From: Chrysomallon squamiferum
Lineage: Eukaryota > Animalia > Mollusca
Assembly (NCBI GenBank): GCA_012295275.1
Contig: CM022665.1
Location: forward strand, 15,252,001-15,316,000
Direction: 5' to 3'
DNA: 64,000 nt
Below the pieces are notes generated by a model. That model saw only the letters and a list, made by a program, of their open reading frames with translations. It ran no database searches and had not been told where the DNA came from. The position numbers were made by a program, and so were the translations under genes. Of the stretch, positions 13,075 to 27,372 are shown in pieces. The stretch's first letter is position 1; each line of letters opens with the position of its first letter.

Positions 13075-13580
13075 TTTTTATTTTTTTCATTTTTGTATTG
13101 TGACCGTTACATTTAGCAGCGTCTTCTTTCAATATAATGGGAAATTTCATTGCTTCATTTAGCTAAAGCAGTATCCATTACATTAAGCAATGCCATCTTT
13201 CAATAAGAATTGACATTTTTATTTCTTTATTTTGGCATATGATAGTATCCATTGAAAATTAGCATTGTCATCTTTCAGCTAAGAGAGAAAATGTCATTGT
13301 TTTTCTATTTAACACAGTAACCACTACAAAAAATGGAAAAAATGGATTTCTTCATTTTTCTATTGGCACCTTTACAGTTAGCTGTGTCTTTTTTCATTAA
13401 AATTGGAAAATTTTATTTCTTCATTTAGCTATAGTAACCATTACATTTAGTACTTTCTTCATTTGGCTATAGTAGCCATTACATATAACAATGTCTTCTT
13501 TCAATAAAGTTGGAAAATTTCATTTCTTTATTTTGGCAGAGTAACCATTGCATTTAGCAGTGTCTTCTTTCAATAAAGAT
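13075..13580. repeat. Degenerate tandem repeat (~60-70-bp unit)
   Basis: Recurrent ttcttcattt(a/g)gctatagtaaccattacatttagcagtgtcttctttcaata..gaaaattt. Confidence 0.75.
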
Positions 13581-15619
13581 GATTGCTTGAGAAGAAAAAC
13601 CAATAGGAGTATTTTTTCTTTTCTTTTTACAACAGAAAGTGAGGAAAAATAACAAAGACAATGGAACAAAAACATGTTTGGGAAGATTGGAGTTTCACAA
13701 CAGTTTTCAGACAGTTCACAGGCCACCTGCACATTCTGGATAAATATTGATGAGCACTTCAAAGTATCTTAGATGCAAAAAAAAAAAAATAATAATACAA
13801 AAAATATTGAATGACTGTAAAGCAGAGATGTTTGTTTATTCCGTAGACAGACACAAATAGATAGTATATGATGTCTTTAGTTAGTGTATAGTGTCTTTAG
13901 GTAATAGTTAGAATGTATCTGAAAGTGGAAAATCTTGTTTAATGATTCAGTATTATCATTTTCAAGTTGATAAAGACCTATTGAATTTTTATTTTTGTAT
14001 TTCACCTATTCAGTTTTATTACAAAGACCTAATGTATTAGAATGAATCTGGAACTGTAGTTAAAGGGAAAAAGAAAAAAATCTCCAGTTAAAACAGTATT
14101 ATTTTAGTTGATTTTGACTGGCAAATATTTCCTGATATTAGGAGGAACAGTGTGCCTTTACTTTTAAACAGACACTTTTTATTTATTGCTTTAAAGTTTG
14201 TCTTGTTAAATTATTTTTGAAAATGTGTATATAAGAGATTAAATTCAACTCTGAAGTTGATATGCTCCTATTTCTAATTTTATTGTTATCTTTTTCTTTT
14301 TGTAAATCTCTGTTGTCTTTAAATATGCACATTTACATCATAGTTAAATAAGCAGAATGATTATATTATTTAAGCTAAAATAAACTGTTTTCAGAAGGTA
14401 AAAATGTTAATAAGAGAATTTAATCAAAATGGGAATATTTTCATGGATTGCGACTGTCACTTGCATGCATGCACACATGTACACGTCACATATATGCTCA
14501 AAATAACAATCACATTTATCATCATTTCTACTGAAAGTTTTATGTTTTAGGGTATACAAATCCTCTAAAAAAAATTCAATTCCTTGTTTAACTGAAATCC
14601 AGAACTCTAATAAAGAAATGAACCAGGGAAACTGGCAGCTTGAAATGTTCACTTGTAAATATCTTTGAGCTTGTAAACCGTATCTTCCTGCCAGATGCAA
14701 TTGCAACTTTACCTACACTGTACACATGTGGCCTGACTGAAGATTCCAAATTAAAATACATCCTGCAAGTACCTGCACAGCAATTTAAGATAACACTACA
14801 TTCTTTTCTCTTGTGTTATATGCACACACATTTTTGTTTATTTAGATTAATTAACTTGGATGCTTGGTTTGAAAGATACGTTTGTTATTAAAAAAAAAAA
14901 GATGATGGACTGTTAACAAATGCATAGTATTTTTCTCTTTAGCGACACATGCATGCATACATTTCTGTATAAATGGCATATGTGCCAGTGTGTGTGCTTA
15001 TGTGTTTACAGCTACTTGCAGTAATATATTCAAATACCTGTCTGTTGTTATAATTACTAATTAGATAGGTCAGCAGGAGTCTAAAAAGGACAGACAGCAA
15101 CACAAATAGATATGTGTGTTTAGGTGTATATTAATATGTAAAGGTAGCTTTATAAAACTAAATTGTTACAGGAAATATTGTTGGTGACCCTATTAAATAT
15201 TATAACAGCTTTAATATTACTAACTTTTTATCTTTCTAATTGACAGACTTATCAAGACAGGCTATAACTGATTTAGGAGGTATTCTATTTCCCAATCCAG
15301 ACATTTCCATCACTAGTTTACAAAAGATGTATTTGTTTTTGCAGTCTGCAAAAAGTACATAAAGAGTGTTGTAGTCATTGATAAAAGTAACTACCAGAGT
15401 GGCGTCTTTTTCTGAAGTATATCATTACAAAATAAATAACTCAGAAATGTGTTGAGGCGTCACTAATCATATACTAGTTTACTCCTTAATATAATACTTA
15501 TCTTGTATGCTGTTCTTGTTGGCTTCATGAATATTCTGTCTGGCATACTGAACTTTTTATTACGATATATTCAATATACACTTGATACATATGCATAAAA
15601 CATATAGATATATGCATAC

Positions 15620-15871
15620 AGCCATTGCTGTTTTATTCAAAGCTGTCATATATGCTTTGCTGCCTGTGAGATGGTGCATATAAAGGACCTTTCTGCTAAT
15701 CAAAATGTGTTGTCCATTTAGTGACAGCAGCAGCTTTCCTCACTCGTTAACTATGAATTCTATATGTATGTGTGTATGAATGTATTATGTCCATACATGT
15801 ATCTGATATAATAATAACTACATAAAAAGTACTGAGTGAGTCATTAAATCAAAATTTTCTTCCTTCCTTCC
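15620..15871 (+). mobile_element. Degenerate tRNA-derived SINE, core and tail (Meta/MESC-like)
   Basis: Core tgcctgtgagatggtgcatataaaggacc..ctgctaatc..cagcagctttcctc with a ttccttccttcc tail. The same core is present in reverse at 49470-49715. Confidence 0.6.
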
Positions 15872-17149
15872 ACTACTTAATGTACATTCCACATTTGTTA
15901 GAAACCGCTTCCTGATTTCACGGAAAAAAAAAATCCCAAAACAAAAACAAAGACATTACTTTGACAGACATACACTGAAAATTCATTTATGCTTCATATA
16001 GTTGTAGCTGTTGCTCCAGTGTCTAACTTATTTTTAAGACTTTTGTTATCCAGTAAGTAGTTTAATTATGGAGTAATATAACTTTTGTGACCTTCCAGAT
16101 TATGAGCATCCAGTACTTTGGCTCGCAGCCAGCCAGTACATGTCTTTTTATTTATAAACACACATGGAATATTGCCCCACTTTAAAAATAAGGAAATGCT
16201 TGAGGGCTTTAAGATATGCCACACTTTTCTGTCTTTGATGATGAAGGGGAAGGTTGTGTATCTACATACTGCCTGATAGGGCGCTTGTGTTACTTACTGA
16301 ATTTCATAAGAGGACACCTGGTATAAAATAGCTATTACAGAAAGTAATAATCTGAAAATGAAAGTGAAAAGGAAGATGAGAGATAAAAATATAATGATGA
16401 CAATAACAAGAATAAAAGCAACATCAACAGTAATGATAATAAAAATAAACATTTTAAAAACTTTTATTGCAGTAATTATATGATAATTGTGAGCATTGCT
16501 AATTTCCTACTAGTATTAATGTTATTAAGTAATTCATTTGTTATGATTAGTATTTCATTATATACCTTAAAAGGTTTTTAATTTTAATTATTTTATTATT
16601 ATTTTTTTTTCTTTATTCAATTTGACTATCATTATTAGTCCTCAGAACATCATTTAAAAAAAAAAAAGAGTAAAATAAGAATAAAAATAAATAAATAAAG
16701 CACTCAAACCACCACAACCAAAACAGTCAGCATTAATAATAATAATATTAAATTTGTAAAATTAATAACACACACACACCCTCACACACCCTTACACACA
16801 CACCCGTATCCTTTTTGTTGGTGCACGTATAAAGCTAAATTGCTGCAGTGCAGTGTATATGACAGATATATGTACAACATATGTTCACAGAACTTGCCAT
16901 GAGCTGAATACAATTATGACACCATCATACCTCAGTTTTATATTCATTAAAAAAAAAATAATAATAAAAGATAATTGTATGCTTATATTAATGTTTGTGT
17001 GACCATGGAAGTAATAATAAAATAATGTTATACCTGTAATGAATAATGTTTTAAAAGAGCTCATAAAAAGTTATTTATTCAGTTAAAATTTCACTCTTTA
17101 TGTTTATTTAATTGGTAGAAAAACTTCTCACACCAAACTGAAATTTGTT

Positions 17150-17860
17150 TATGAAAGGAATGTCATCAAACATACTAAAAGGAATATTACGGAATGTACT
17201 AATTAGAAAAACTATCCAAGAATATATTGAATTGAAAGGAATATCTAGGAAGATATTAAAAGGAATATTGCAGAATATACTAAATTAAAAGGAATGTGCA
17301 GAATATACTAAAATAAAAGGAATATTTGAGAATATATTAAATTAAAAGGAACATGCTAAATTAAAAGGTATATTTAAAAACATGGTAATTTAATAGGAAT
17401 ATCACAAAATATACTGAATTAAAAGGAATATTCCAGAACAGATTAAATTAAAAGGAATATTTCAGAATATGCTAAATCAAAAGGAATATTTAAAAACATA
17501 AGAAATAACATAAAACATACTAAATTAAAAGAAATATTTCAATAGATTAAATTAAATGGAATATTTAAAAACAACTAAATTAAAAGGAATATTTAAGAAT
17601 ACAGTACATTTAAAGTAATGTATAAGAACATAATAAATGAAATGAAATATTTAAGAACATACTTAATAAAAAGTAATTTCACAGAACATGCTAAATTAAA
17701 AGGAATATTTCAGAACAAACTAAATTAAAAGGAATATCACGAAATACTAAATCAGCAGGCATAATATATAAGAAGATACTATATTAAAAAGTATATCTAA
17801 AACTAAAAGGAATGTCTGAGATTTTACTAAATTAAATTGAACATATTAAATTAAAAGAAC
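17150..17860. repeat. Minisatellite, ~29-bp unit actaaattaaaaggaatatttcagaatat
   Basis: More than 20 degenerate head-to-tail copies visible. Confidence 0.9.
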
Positions 17861-19104
17861 ACCAAAGTTAAGTTTTTCTTTAAATCAAAAAGTTAAAAGA
17901 AACTTAAAAAGATCTTTTAAAAAATCAATTATATATATTCATATCTGGATGTATTACTTCTCTATTTACATTTTTTCATATCTTTATTATTTTGCAGCCT
18001 TTAAAAGTTTTTTGGAATAAGTTTTAGAGGTGTAAAAAAACAACAAATGCATGCGTTTTTACATATATTTATATATTTATGTATATATATATACATACAT
18101 ATATAAGTAAGAAAGATTTTGTCGGTCTCTCAGTACAGACCTATATATTTTAATAATGCCTAAAGGGCAACACAAAAGAAATAAAGTCATATAATTACTT
18201 ATATAAAAAATATTTCCAGTTATAGGTTTCCAGACATAACAGTTGAAAATTAGGAAGTTTATTTGCTTCACTACTCTTTACAATCATGTTCTCATCTAGC
18301 TACACAGGAAGATACAGATTATTTATATTTAAAATATGACCAAGTGATACGGTCAGTATATAAGTATGTACATGTTTATTAATATCCATTTTCCACATTA
18401 ATGATTTGTTAAAATTACTCATTGAAATGTATGAAATGATTATGAAAACTGAACAAAAATAGTTGTAATTTATTTATGTATCAACAGAGGCTTAAACTTT
18501 AAAAGTTTTGTATTTAAAAAGTATTTATTGTTGTTATCATCATCATTATCATATCGTTTTCCTCCGAGGAACAGAGAACAGAATAAATATATAAGTAAAG
18601 AAAATAATTTTTTATTTATATATATATATATATTTTTTTTTTATTACTTTCTATTTGTAATTTTTCTTGTGGGCTAAACAAAAATGTATATATACATACA
18701 TGCACATTAAAAACAGAATAAGCTTGTTCCTATTTTTACCATTTTTCTCAGGTTTAAAAACCTCAAAATCACACTGACATTAACATTTTTCATTTTTAAA
18801 GAACAAAAAGCCATCTTAACTCACATGTTAAGCTTAAAAGTAAAGGAGAAAAAAAAGTCTTGCTAAAGTACTGGTGGGCATTTCAAGGATGGCTTGTTAC
18901 ATGAAGTCTGAAGGACGAAAAAAAAAAAAGAAAACACCCAGATATTTACATAGAATTAGTTTGCCATCTTTGTTTTGGTCTTGAGTAACTTGAAGCTTTT
19001 TGTTGCTTCTCAGCCTCCCTCAGTCTTTTCTTTGCTGATTGCATCAGTCTACTTTCAGCTGTTTGCACACAAACACTTTTTCTGACAGTCTGAAGACATG
19101 GAAC

Positions 19105-19358
19105 AGTACAGTACAGTGGTTAGAACATTGGCTCACACACTCAATCCTTCTTGATGCATCATGTGGACTATTCCATTGACAATCACTGTAATTTGTGCTT
19201 TCCTGTATATGGGAGGGTGTATGTAAAATACCTCTTGTTGCTAACTGTTGAAAACAGTAATAAATTTATAGTAGGTTTATTCTCTTATAATATCATAATA
19301 CAGTAACCATGTTTGATTCCTAATAACCACACTTAGAAATAATTTGTTGAGGCATAAT
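19105..19358 (+). mobile_element. Degenerate SINE copy (tRNA-like head, core, tail)
   Basis: cagtggttagaacattggc head. Core tcctgtatatgggagggtgtatgtaaaatacctcttgttgctaa is similar to the copy at 15660. Confidence 0.55.
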
Positions 19359-21329
19359 ATTTATTTATTTTTCATTATTATTATTTATTATTATTTACTA
19401 ATATTGACAGTATTTTCTGAGATTGTACATCCTAATGATGGTGAGGGGAAAAAAAAGATGAAAAAAAAGAAGAAATTTATGAAAAACATTATTTTTTTAA
19501 ATACTAGATTTTAAAACATTCATATGAGAGAACATAAGATGGCAATTTATTATTACTTTAAGCTACTATTAATCTTGAATTGTGTGTATTCAAACATCAG
19601 CTTTAATATTAAATCTTTGCAGTTAACATCTCCAAGTCTATCTGCTGAACAATGGTTTTCTTAGAATAGTAACATGAGAGTGATTTTAATTTGTCTGTTT
19701 TCAACATGTTTTTATCATCTTGCTATTGTTACTCTTTTCTGCACCTTCTTATTTTATAATTTTTATTTCTTGAGAATGTACAAAACATTAATTTTTATAA
19801 CAACAGTTCAAAAACTCAGAAATTTACATCTTAACGTCTTTTTGTAAACATTAATACACATAAAATGAAAAACAAAATACTGCATGCATTATCTAATGTT
19901 AAGCCCTAAAAAGGTCATTTCTTTTATGCTCTGTATACTTTGAATGACATCATCATGATATTTTGAGGAACATTGATAATGAAACTTTTGTCAGCCTGAC
20001 CCATAATGATTATATCACAGGATAACATGTATTATTATGACAACCAGCCTTTTGCTTATGCAAAGTTACATTAAAAAGATACCAAGTGCTTTAAGATGAA
20101 ACTAAAGACAGTATCTGTTTATAAGATCAAAAGGTGAATTTAGGCAGTGTCACAATATGGACTGAAATAAAAAATAAAATAAAAATGTTGTTTTGTTTTT
20201 GTTTTTTAAATTTATTTATATAATTATTTATTAATAACAGTTTAGAATATAATAATTAATTTTAAGATAATTTTCATTAACTGCAACAGTTTTTCCCAGT
20301 ATTATCAAGACTGTAAAATTTTGTTGATTGCCAGTACTGAAAGTGAACAATAAAAAAAAAAAAATGACTGTCATACTTCAACCAAATATTGTGACACTAT
20401 TTTCACTCTTGGATCGATCTCTCATTTATATATGTATATATCTGACATGGTGAATAATAAATATTTGTTCATTGATACTTTTTAAAAAAAAGTTACATTA
20501 ACAGTTTTCAGATAGTTATGTGTAATGACAGTGACCTGATTGAAATGTGTTATTACAAAACAGTAGGCTAATTTAACAGTTTAGCAAATGTTTATTAATG
20601 AAATCAGATAAATGTTTTTTGATATACCATACTGATTAGGGAATGAATAGAATATGAAGTAGCCAATCAGAAGCAGGAATATTAGCCTATATCATGCAAT
20701 ATTCACGTGCAGTCTGTACCACAGAGTTTCAGCTTGCAGCCATAGGCAACCATAACTTATGTATCAAATTATGTTGTGTATAGTATATATAAATTTTTGG
20801 ATTTTGTAAGTAGCCATGTAGTAAAGTTACATAAAATTGTGTGTGTGTGTGTGGTAAATTATATCTTCAGTGTATACGGTTTTCCAGATAATCTTAAAAT
20901 TAGAAGATGAAAAAAATAATAATAAAGAAAAAAATGAACTAGAAATAAAAAATAAGGGAGTCGGAGGCAAAAGAAAATAAAAAAATCCTGGAACAAATAA
21001 ACCATCAAATATTTTATTCACATACTTTGAGTGTCATCTTCTTTCACTGAGCATTTAGAATGTTTTCAAATGTCTACAGAAGTGGCCTAGTGAATACAGG
21101 ATGGTGAAGAAAGTGTGTAAATTTACCTTATGGGAGCAGGAAGTGAGGCCACGTAGCGTCTGCTTAATGGTGAAAAGGTCAATGACAGGGCTTGGCAAGC
21201 TTTGTTGTTTGACTGGACAACTGTACTCACAAAAGAAGTGAAAAAATATCTTCTGTTATCAGCACTGGAAGACCTCTTTGTCTTTGTCATTGACATTGTC
21301 AGTAGCAAGGGAATGAAGGAATACTATAT

Positions 21330-21770
21330 ATTGGTAGACACGGTGTGTATGTGAAGAAAAATAAGAGAATGTTGTATGTGGGTAGAAAGGGTGCATATTT
21401 GTATCAGATGTATGTACTTATCGGAAATGCTATATATGTGTGTTTGTGTGTATGTAGGAAAACAAGAAAATGTTATATATTGGTAGTTGATGTATGTGTG
21501 TGCTATAAATGGATAGTTGGAAGTGTGTGTATGTGTATACAAGAAAATGCTAAATATGGGTAGCTGGGGGTTTGTGTGTGTATATAAGAAAATAATGTAC
21601 ATGGGTAGACAGGATGTGTATTTGTTTTGTGTAGGAAAGCAAGAAAGTGTTATATGTGGGTAAAAAGGGTGTGTATTTGTGGTGTGTGCTTGCAGGTATG
21701 AGTGTATGCTATAAATGGGTATACTGAGGGTGTGTTTTTGTATTGTATATATAAAATAGATGTATATAGA
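21330..21770. repeat. Degenerate GT-rich tandem repeat
   Basis: Recurrent gtgtgtatgt..aagaaaatg(t/c)ta.atatgggtag. Confidence 0.6.
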
Positions 21771-22369
21771 TAGAATTGGAATGGGTTTTTTAATGAATAG
21801 GTTTGTACATTAAGGGATGGTTTTTAATGATTAATTTGTATACATCATTTTTGATATTACTATTATTTTCATTTGGGTTTAAATTATTATGGTTAATTTA
21901 TAATTTTTTGGTAGCTATTATTGTAATGTAGATTTATTTTAAAACAATTATTTTCTATGTATAGGTATGTGTTACTGTATTTCAGAGTTGGTTTAAGACT
22001 TATTTTTTATACAGCTATCTATATCATTGTAATATATAATTATCTTAAACAGTTATTTTATGTATGGTTATCTATATTATTGCAATTTAGTATTGTTTTA
22101 AGATGGCTAGTTTTTTAGTTTGTTTTTATTTATTATTTTTTTTGTTTTTTTATTTAGGGATCTGTATTATTTTGATACATTAATTCAGCAATAGTTTAAG
22201 ATGAAGCATTATTGTAAACTAATTCCATATCTAAGTATTCATGTTTATGTGATCATATTCATTGTCACTGTTTGACTAAGTATACCGAGTTGCAAAGAGA
22301 GAAGAGTTTATATATGTAAATTATGAGGTGATTAAGAATTAGAATTGTGAATACATGTATTGTGTATGT

Positions 22370-22795
22370 GTCCAGGTGGATTTTGTGCACACATTTATAT
22401 TTATTTTTGGATGAGTGAATGAATACATATGTTCTATTAACTTAGCAGACCTGTAATTAAAATAAACAATATCTATTCACATTTAAAAAAAAAAAAAAAA
22501 AAAAAAAAATTGTCTGACAGAAAAAAACAACATAATTGACCAGATGGATTTAGCACATATTTATATATTTTAGAGTAAACTGACATTTGTTTTATTTACT
22601 TAGCAGCCATATAATTAAAATAAACAGCATTTGTTAAGGAAGTTTGTCAGAATGGGAAAAAAGAAAAATCAGTTACCAGGTGGATTTTGCACATGTTTAC
22701 CTACATATTTTAGAGTGGGTGGAAGGATGTGTTTGTTTTGTTTACTTAACAGGCTTATGATTAAAATAAACAGTATTTATTCAGATTTGAAAAAG
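22370..22795. repeat. Three diverged tandem copies (~140-170 bp)
   Basis: ccag(g/a)tggattt..gcaca..ttta...tacttagcag...attaaaataaaca starting near 22372, 22540 and 22676. Confidence 0.7.
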
Positions 22796-23218
22796 GATAT
22801 TCTAAAGCAGTAAAGGATATTCTTCTATAATATTACCTGAGAACAAAATGCAGTCTGTAAAACATAAATCATATAATTTCCCTGTTTAATGCAAATCTTT
22901 GGTATTTAAAGTGCCAGTGATCATCACCCGTGTGCTTCTGTTTGGGTTTTTTTTCCTTTTTTTTTTTTTTTTTTTTTTTTTTTTGTTTCCAAATCTGAAA
23001 AAGAATTCAAAAAAAAAAAAAAAATTACATTTGCCTTAAAGATTATATAAAAAGTTTCCCGTACAATAAAATCGAGTGCCAGTTTAATCTTTCTCATCAC
23101 TTTTTTTCTTTCTAATCTTGTTTTATTGTCACAGTTTCAGAATAAACTAGTCATTTGTGCCTGATCAGTATTGTGAATATCTGAACACTTCCATCTAAAA
23201 ACATTATCATTTTATTTC

Positions 23219-23249
<31 letters not shown>

Positions 23250-24555
23250 AAAGTTATTTTATTAACATAAAATACATTATACTTGAATACAAAAGAGTAC
23301 ACAAATTTGTTTTTCACTTTCTCTGACTGTACCCCTCTTTGAAATTAATGTTCTCTCTTATTTCCTTTTCCCATCTCTCTCTCTCTCTCTCTCTCTTTCT
23401 CTTTCTCATTTAGTATCTCTCACTGCAGTTGTTTCATATTTCTTTTACATAGCCTTTTTTAAAAATATGAACAGTTGAGACACCAAGAAAAACTGAAAAT
23501 GAGACCCTTTTAATTCAGTAATAGTAAGTAAGTAGGTTTTGTTTAATGAATTTTTATGAATCAAATTTTTACCAGAAGAAAACAAAATTTATAATAATAA
23601 AAATAAAATAATATATTTGTATTCATAATTTATATTAGCAATGAAACTTGAAATAGTGTTTTAATTTTTTAATTTATTAATTTAATATATTTAATATAAT
23701 AAAATTAGTATTGCAGTAACACTTAATTTATTCAAGTAATTAATATAAAAATTATTTTACATTTTATAAGCTTATTAACATGTACATTAAAAATGCTGCC
23801 GGGGGAATAAAGTTTAAAAATTGTTAGACTGGATAATAATATTTTATCAGCAAAAAAATACAAAAGAAAACGATTAATTGCAAAATGATTAAGTTAATTA
23901 AATAATGTACTTATAATTCTATCATACAATGATACATTTTTCTCCCCTGTTCATAATATATCTGCAGTTAGAAACTGTCCACTTATTTGTGTATATATAT
24001 ATATATACACAGCTTACACATTCTTGTCTAAAAATTTATATAGAACACATCTAAAGCATTAGAAAATAGACTACAGCAAGTAGTTTTTATATCCACTTTT
24101 ACATGGGCCAGAAACTAAAAGGACATTTTGAAAAACCATGAGGCATTGGCTTGAATGGGAGAATTGATCTGCAGAGTATTAAATTATAAATAAATAAACA
24201 GAATGGCTATTCTTTCATATTCTATTAAGTTAGAAAGGAGTTTGTAACTAATGAAGATGATTTAACATTTTCTTTTGTAGACAAACAATCCAGGAAACTG
24301 GTTGGTATTATTATGTTTCTGCTTATAAATAATGAAGGTTCAAGCAAGTATCACATGACCAAGTTGTCCAGGAACTCTGTTAGTGTTAATGTGTTAGATT
24401 GGCAGAGAGGGTGTAGTGTTTGTGTGCCTTCCCAATTACTTTCTATAACGTAATGTGAACCCTAAACCTCTGAATCTTATGGCAGATAACATTAGTAAAA
24501 TATTTTCTGAGTTAATATTTTTGAGTATATCTTTATTAATATATCATTATACATG

Positions 24556-24556
<1 letters not shown>

Positions 24557-24627
<71 letters not shown>
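24557..24627. repeat. (CA)n microsatellite
   Basis: Direct inspection. Confidence 0.95.
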
Positions 24628-24629
<2 letters not shown>

Positions 24630-25059
24630 AAAAAGATACATACATGCAAACTGAGCAAAACCTTTTTATCATTATTAATTTACTGACAATTTAATGTTGC
24701 AAAAACTAAAAAAGTGTATTATTTGGTTAACTCCAATTCTGTTCTGAATGGTTAAAACATGAAACAATTAAATTATTTAAAAAGAAGGAAATATATGTAA
24801 AGTAAAGTGTCTTTTTTTAATGTAAAACAGCAGTGTAAAGAATTTATATATATGTGGGTTTTTTTTTTTATTTTTTTTTTTTGTTTCTTCTTATTAATAA
24901 AATGAAAGTAGTAGAAAGAGTATTACTATTTAAATGAAAAGGAAAAACCACAACATAAGGATGAGGTTTTTTAAAAATTTACACACTAATTTTTAAATTA
25001 TTTTTTATTATTTTTTAATGACTTTTTGTTTTAATCCGGAAATGATTTCTTTGAAAGCA

Positions 25060-25292
25060 CATATACATTATTTGTCAAGATTAACGTTAAATCTCTGAAG
25101 TTTATTATTTAAAAAAATAAAAATAAAAATTAAAATATTCTTATATAATAATAACTTGTTTTCCAATAAACTCATATACATTATTTGTCAGAATTAATGT
25201 TAAATCTCTGGTTTTGTTTACTATTTAAAAAAAGAAAGAAAAGAAAAATAATAAAAAAATATTCTTATGTAATAATAACTTGTTTTCCAACA
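25060..25292. repeat. Tandem duplication (~115 bp x2)
   Basis: atatacattatttgtca..ttaa.gttaaatctctg...aaaatattcttat.taataataacttgttttccaa occurs twice. Confidence 0.8.
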
Positions 25293-27304
25293 AAAGTGCA
25301 TTTCTGCCAAACAACATGTTTTGATTTTAATAATGTTACTCACAAGATGGCAAAAAGATTTGTGACACAAAAGCTTTAGAAGATAAAAGTACACGATGGT
25401 GTATAACTGCTGTATTTCATAATAATCATGAATTTGTATGCAGCATTAACAGAAGACACTAACAAGGCAGAAACGTGTATTGATTCACAGTTCCTATTTC
25501 TTCATTAGCAGTAGCAGAACAAAAATCACTTTCCTTTCATACTGCTTTCTGTTTTGTCAGTTTCATTTATGATTAACAATCATACTCAGTTTGAATTTCC
25601 TCACAGCCTATGAGATAGCGTATGTATGTCACTGTCATATACATTTGTGTGCCTCAGTTAAACATCTAAATTATTGGTAGTCATATTTGTTTGTCTTTGT
25701 TACTACGTATGTACAATATTGTTAATAACACAGCAGTGATATGCATCAATTACATATGTACATTAATATCAGTTGTGTGTGTAGATATGTATCAGTTACT
25801 ACATACAATATTTAGTCACAAAGGCATTGATATGTATTTGTTATGTGTGTACATTATTTGGTTTTATATATATATATATATCTGTTATGTATGTACAATA
25901 TTTAGTCACATAATCATTAATACATGCCTGTTATATTCAGTCGTACAAGCTTCAGTCCACATCATTTGTGTATGTACAATAATGTTAATCAGGTATATAT
26001 ATTGAATTGTGGCAATTTAAAATTTCAACACAGTTTATGAAATAATGTGTATACAAAATTATATGCATATCATACATAACCAGTTTCAAATGTCATCAAT
26101 GTTTAAAAAATAATAGGTACAATACTGACATCTCCACATATATATTGATTTATGAATGTTTCAAAATTCATAAATGCATTAATATTGTTCAATGCATATA
26201 AATATGTTTGTTGGTTGCAGCTCATAAACCTGTTCCATTTATTGCTTTTATAGAGTCTGTCAATCATATGAAACATGCCTATAGCTAATTTATAGATAAC
26301 AGCAGTTATAAACTATTGGTACAAAAATAATAATAATTCAAATGGTTATGTGTTATTTTGTAATAACTTTGAATCAGCATTATTATTATTACTTGAGAAA
26401 ATATTTTATTTATTTATTTATTTTGTTGTAAACATTTCATTTATTTGTGTCTTTGAGATATACCATAATGGAGCCCTGGTGTCAACAGGAACAAGACCAG
26501 TGTAAGCTTCAAATAGGATTCATTCTATATAATCCACTGTGCATTAAGTGATTTATTAATAATTTAGAAATACAGTTAATTTCTTCTTCAGTCAAAAATG
26601 GTCACAACTATGGTATAATTTGCTAAAACCCTTTTCTGAACTTTTATATTGATAAAAGTACGTGGAGGTTAAATAATCATTTTCTTTTAATTGATTATTT
26701 CAGCTAAACGGTTGTTTTAGTGGTAAGTAATAAAATAGTTATAATTAAGTGCACAGCAGTTTATTCATTATCTTATTTATAAGTGAATGAATAAATTAAT
26801 GTTTAATGACTTCCCAACTGAAGGAAAACTGGGTGTCAAATAAACATAGCAAATAAATGAATTTTTTTTTCTGAAAAAATCCATATTTAAATAAAACAAG
26901 ATACAAAAATAAAAATTTACTATTTACAAAAAAAGAAAAAAGAAAAAATTGAAAAGAAATACACTCTCCAGAAATAGCATTTGTCTGAACTTTAAATAAA
27001 GGGCAGTGTCATTCAGTATAACTGTAAAACACTGGAAACAAGACTATAAAAATCTGTTGGCTTTGTTACAAGAAAGTCTCTTTGTGTCAGGAAACACAAT
27101 GAAGTGTGTGTGTGTGTGTTTTAAAACTGGTCTCTTATCATACTGCTTTTATGGTCATCTAGAGATTTCAAGTGATGAACTGGATCAACTATTGATATCT
27201 GGTTATCTTCTAGATTACTGCAGCCATCTGATTTAAAGATGATGAAGCCAGATTAAAATGGTCATTCTGTAACATTTTTATGTGCAGCTTGCTTAGATTA
27301 TCAC

Positions 27305-27372
27305 TGAGCAGTGGTTCAGTGGTTAGAGTAGTCACTTACTGGGTTGTAAGCTTCAATCCTGAGTAGTGCTTC
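27305..27372 (+). mobile_element. tRNA-like SINE head remnant
   Basis: gtggttcagtggttagagt...gcttcaatcctg (A/B-box-like). Does not fold as an intact tRNA by eye. Confidence 0.3.

Noticed and set aside
21680-21702. Plus-strand recursive splice site candidate (cttgcag|gtatga) in the 45-kb intron
   Set aside because: It lies inside a GT-rich degenerate repeat with a poor pyrimidine tract, and cannot be supported without nascent-RNA data.
27305-27372. tRNA gene
   Set aside because: Only A/B-box-like remnants with no complete cloverleaf; treated as a SINE head.
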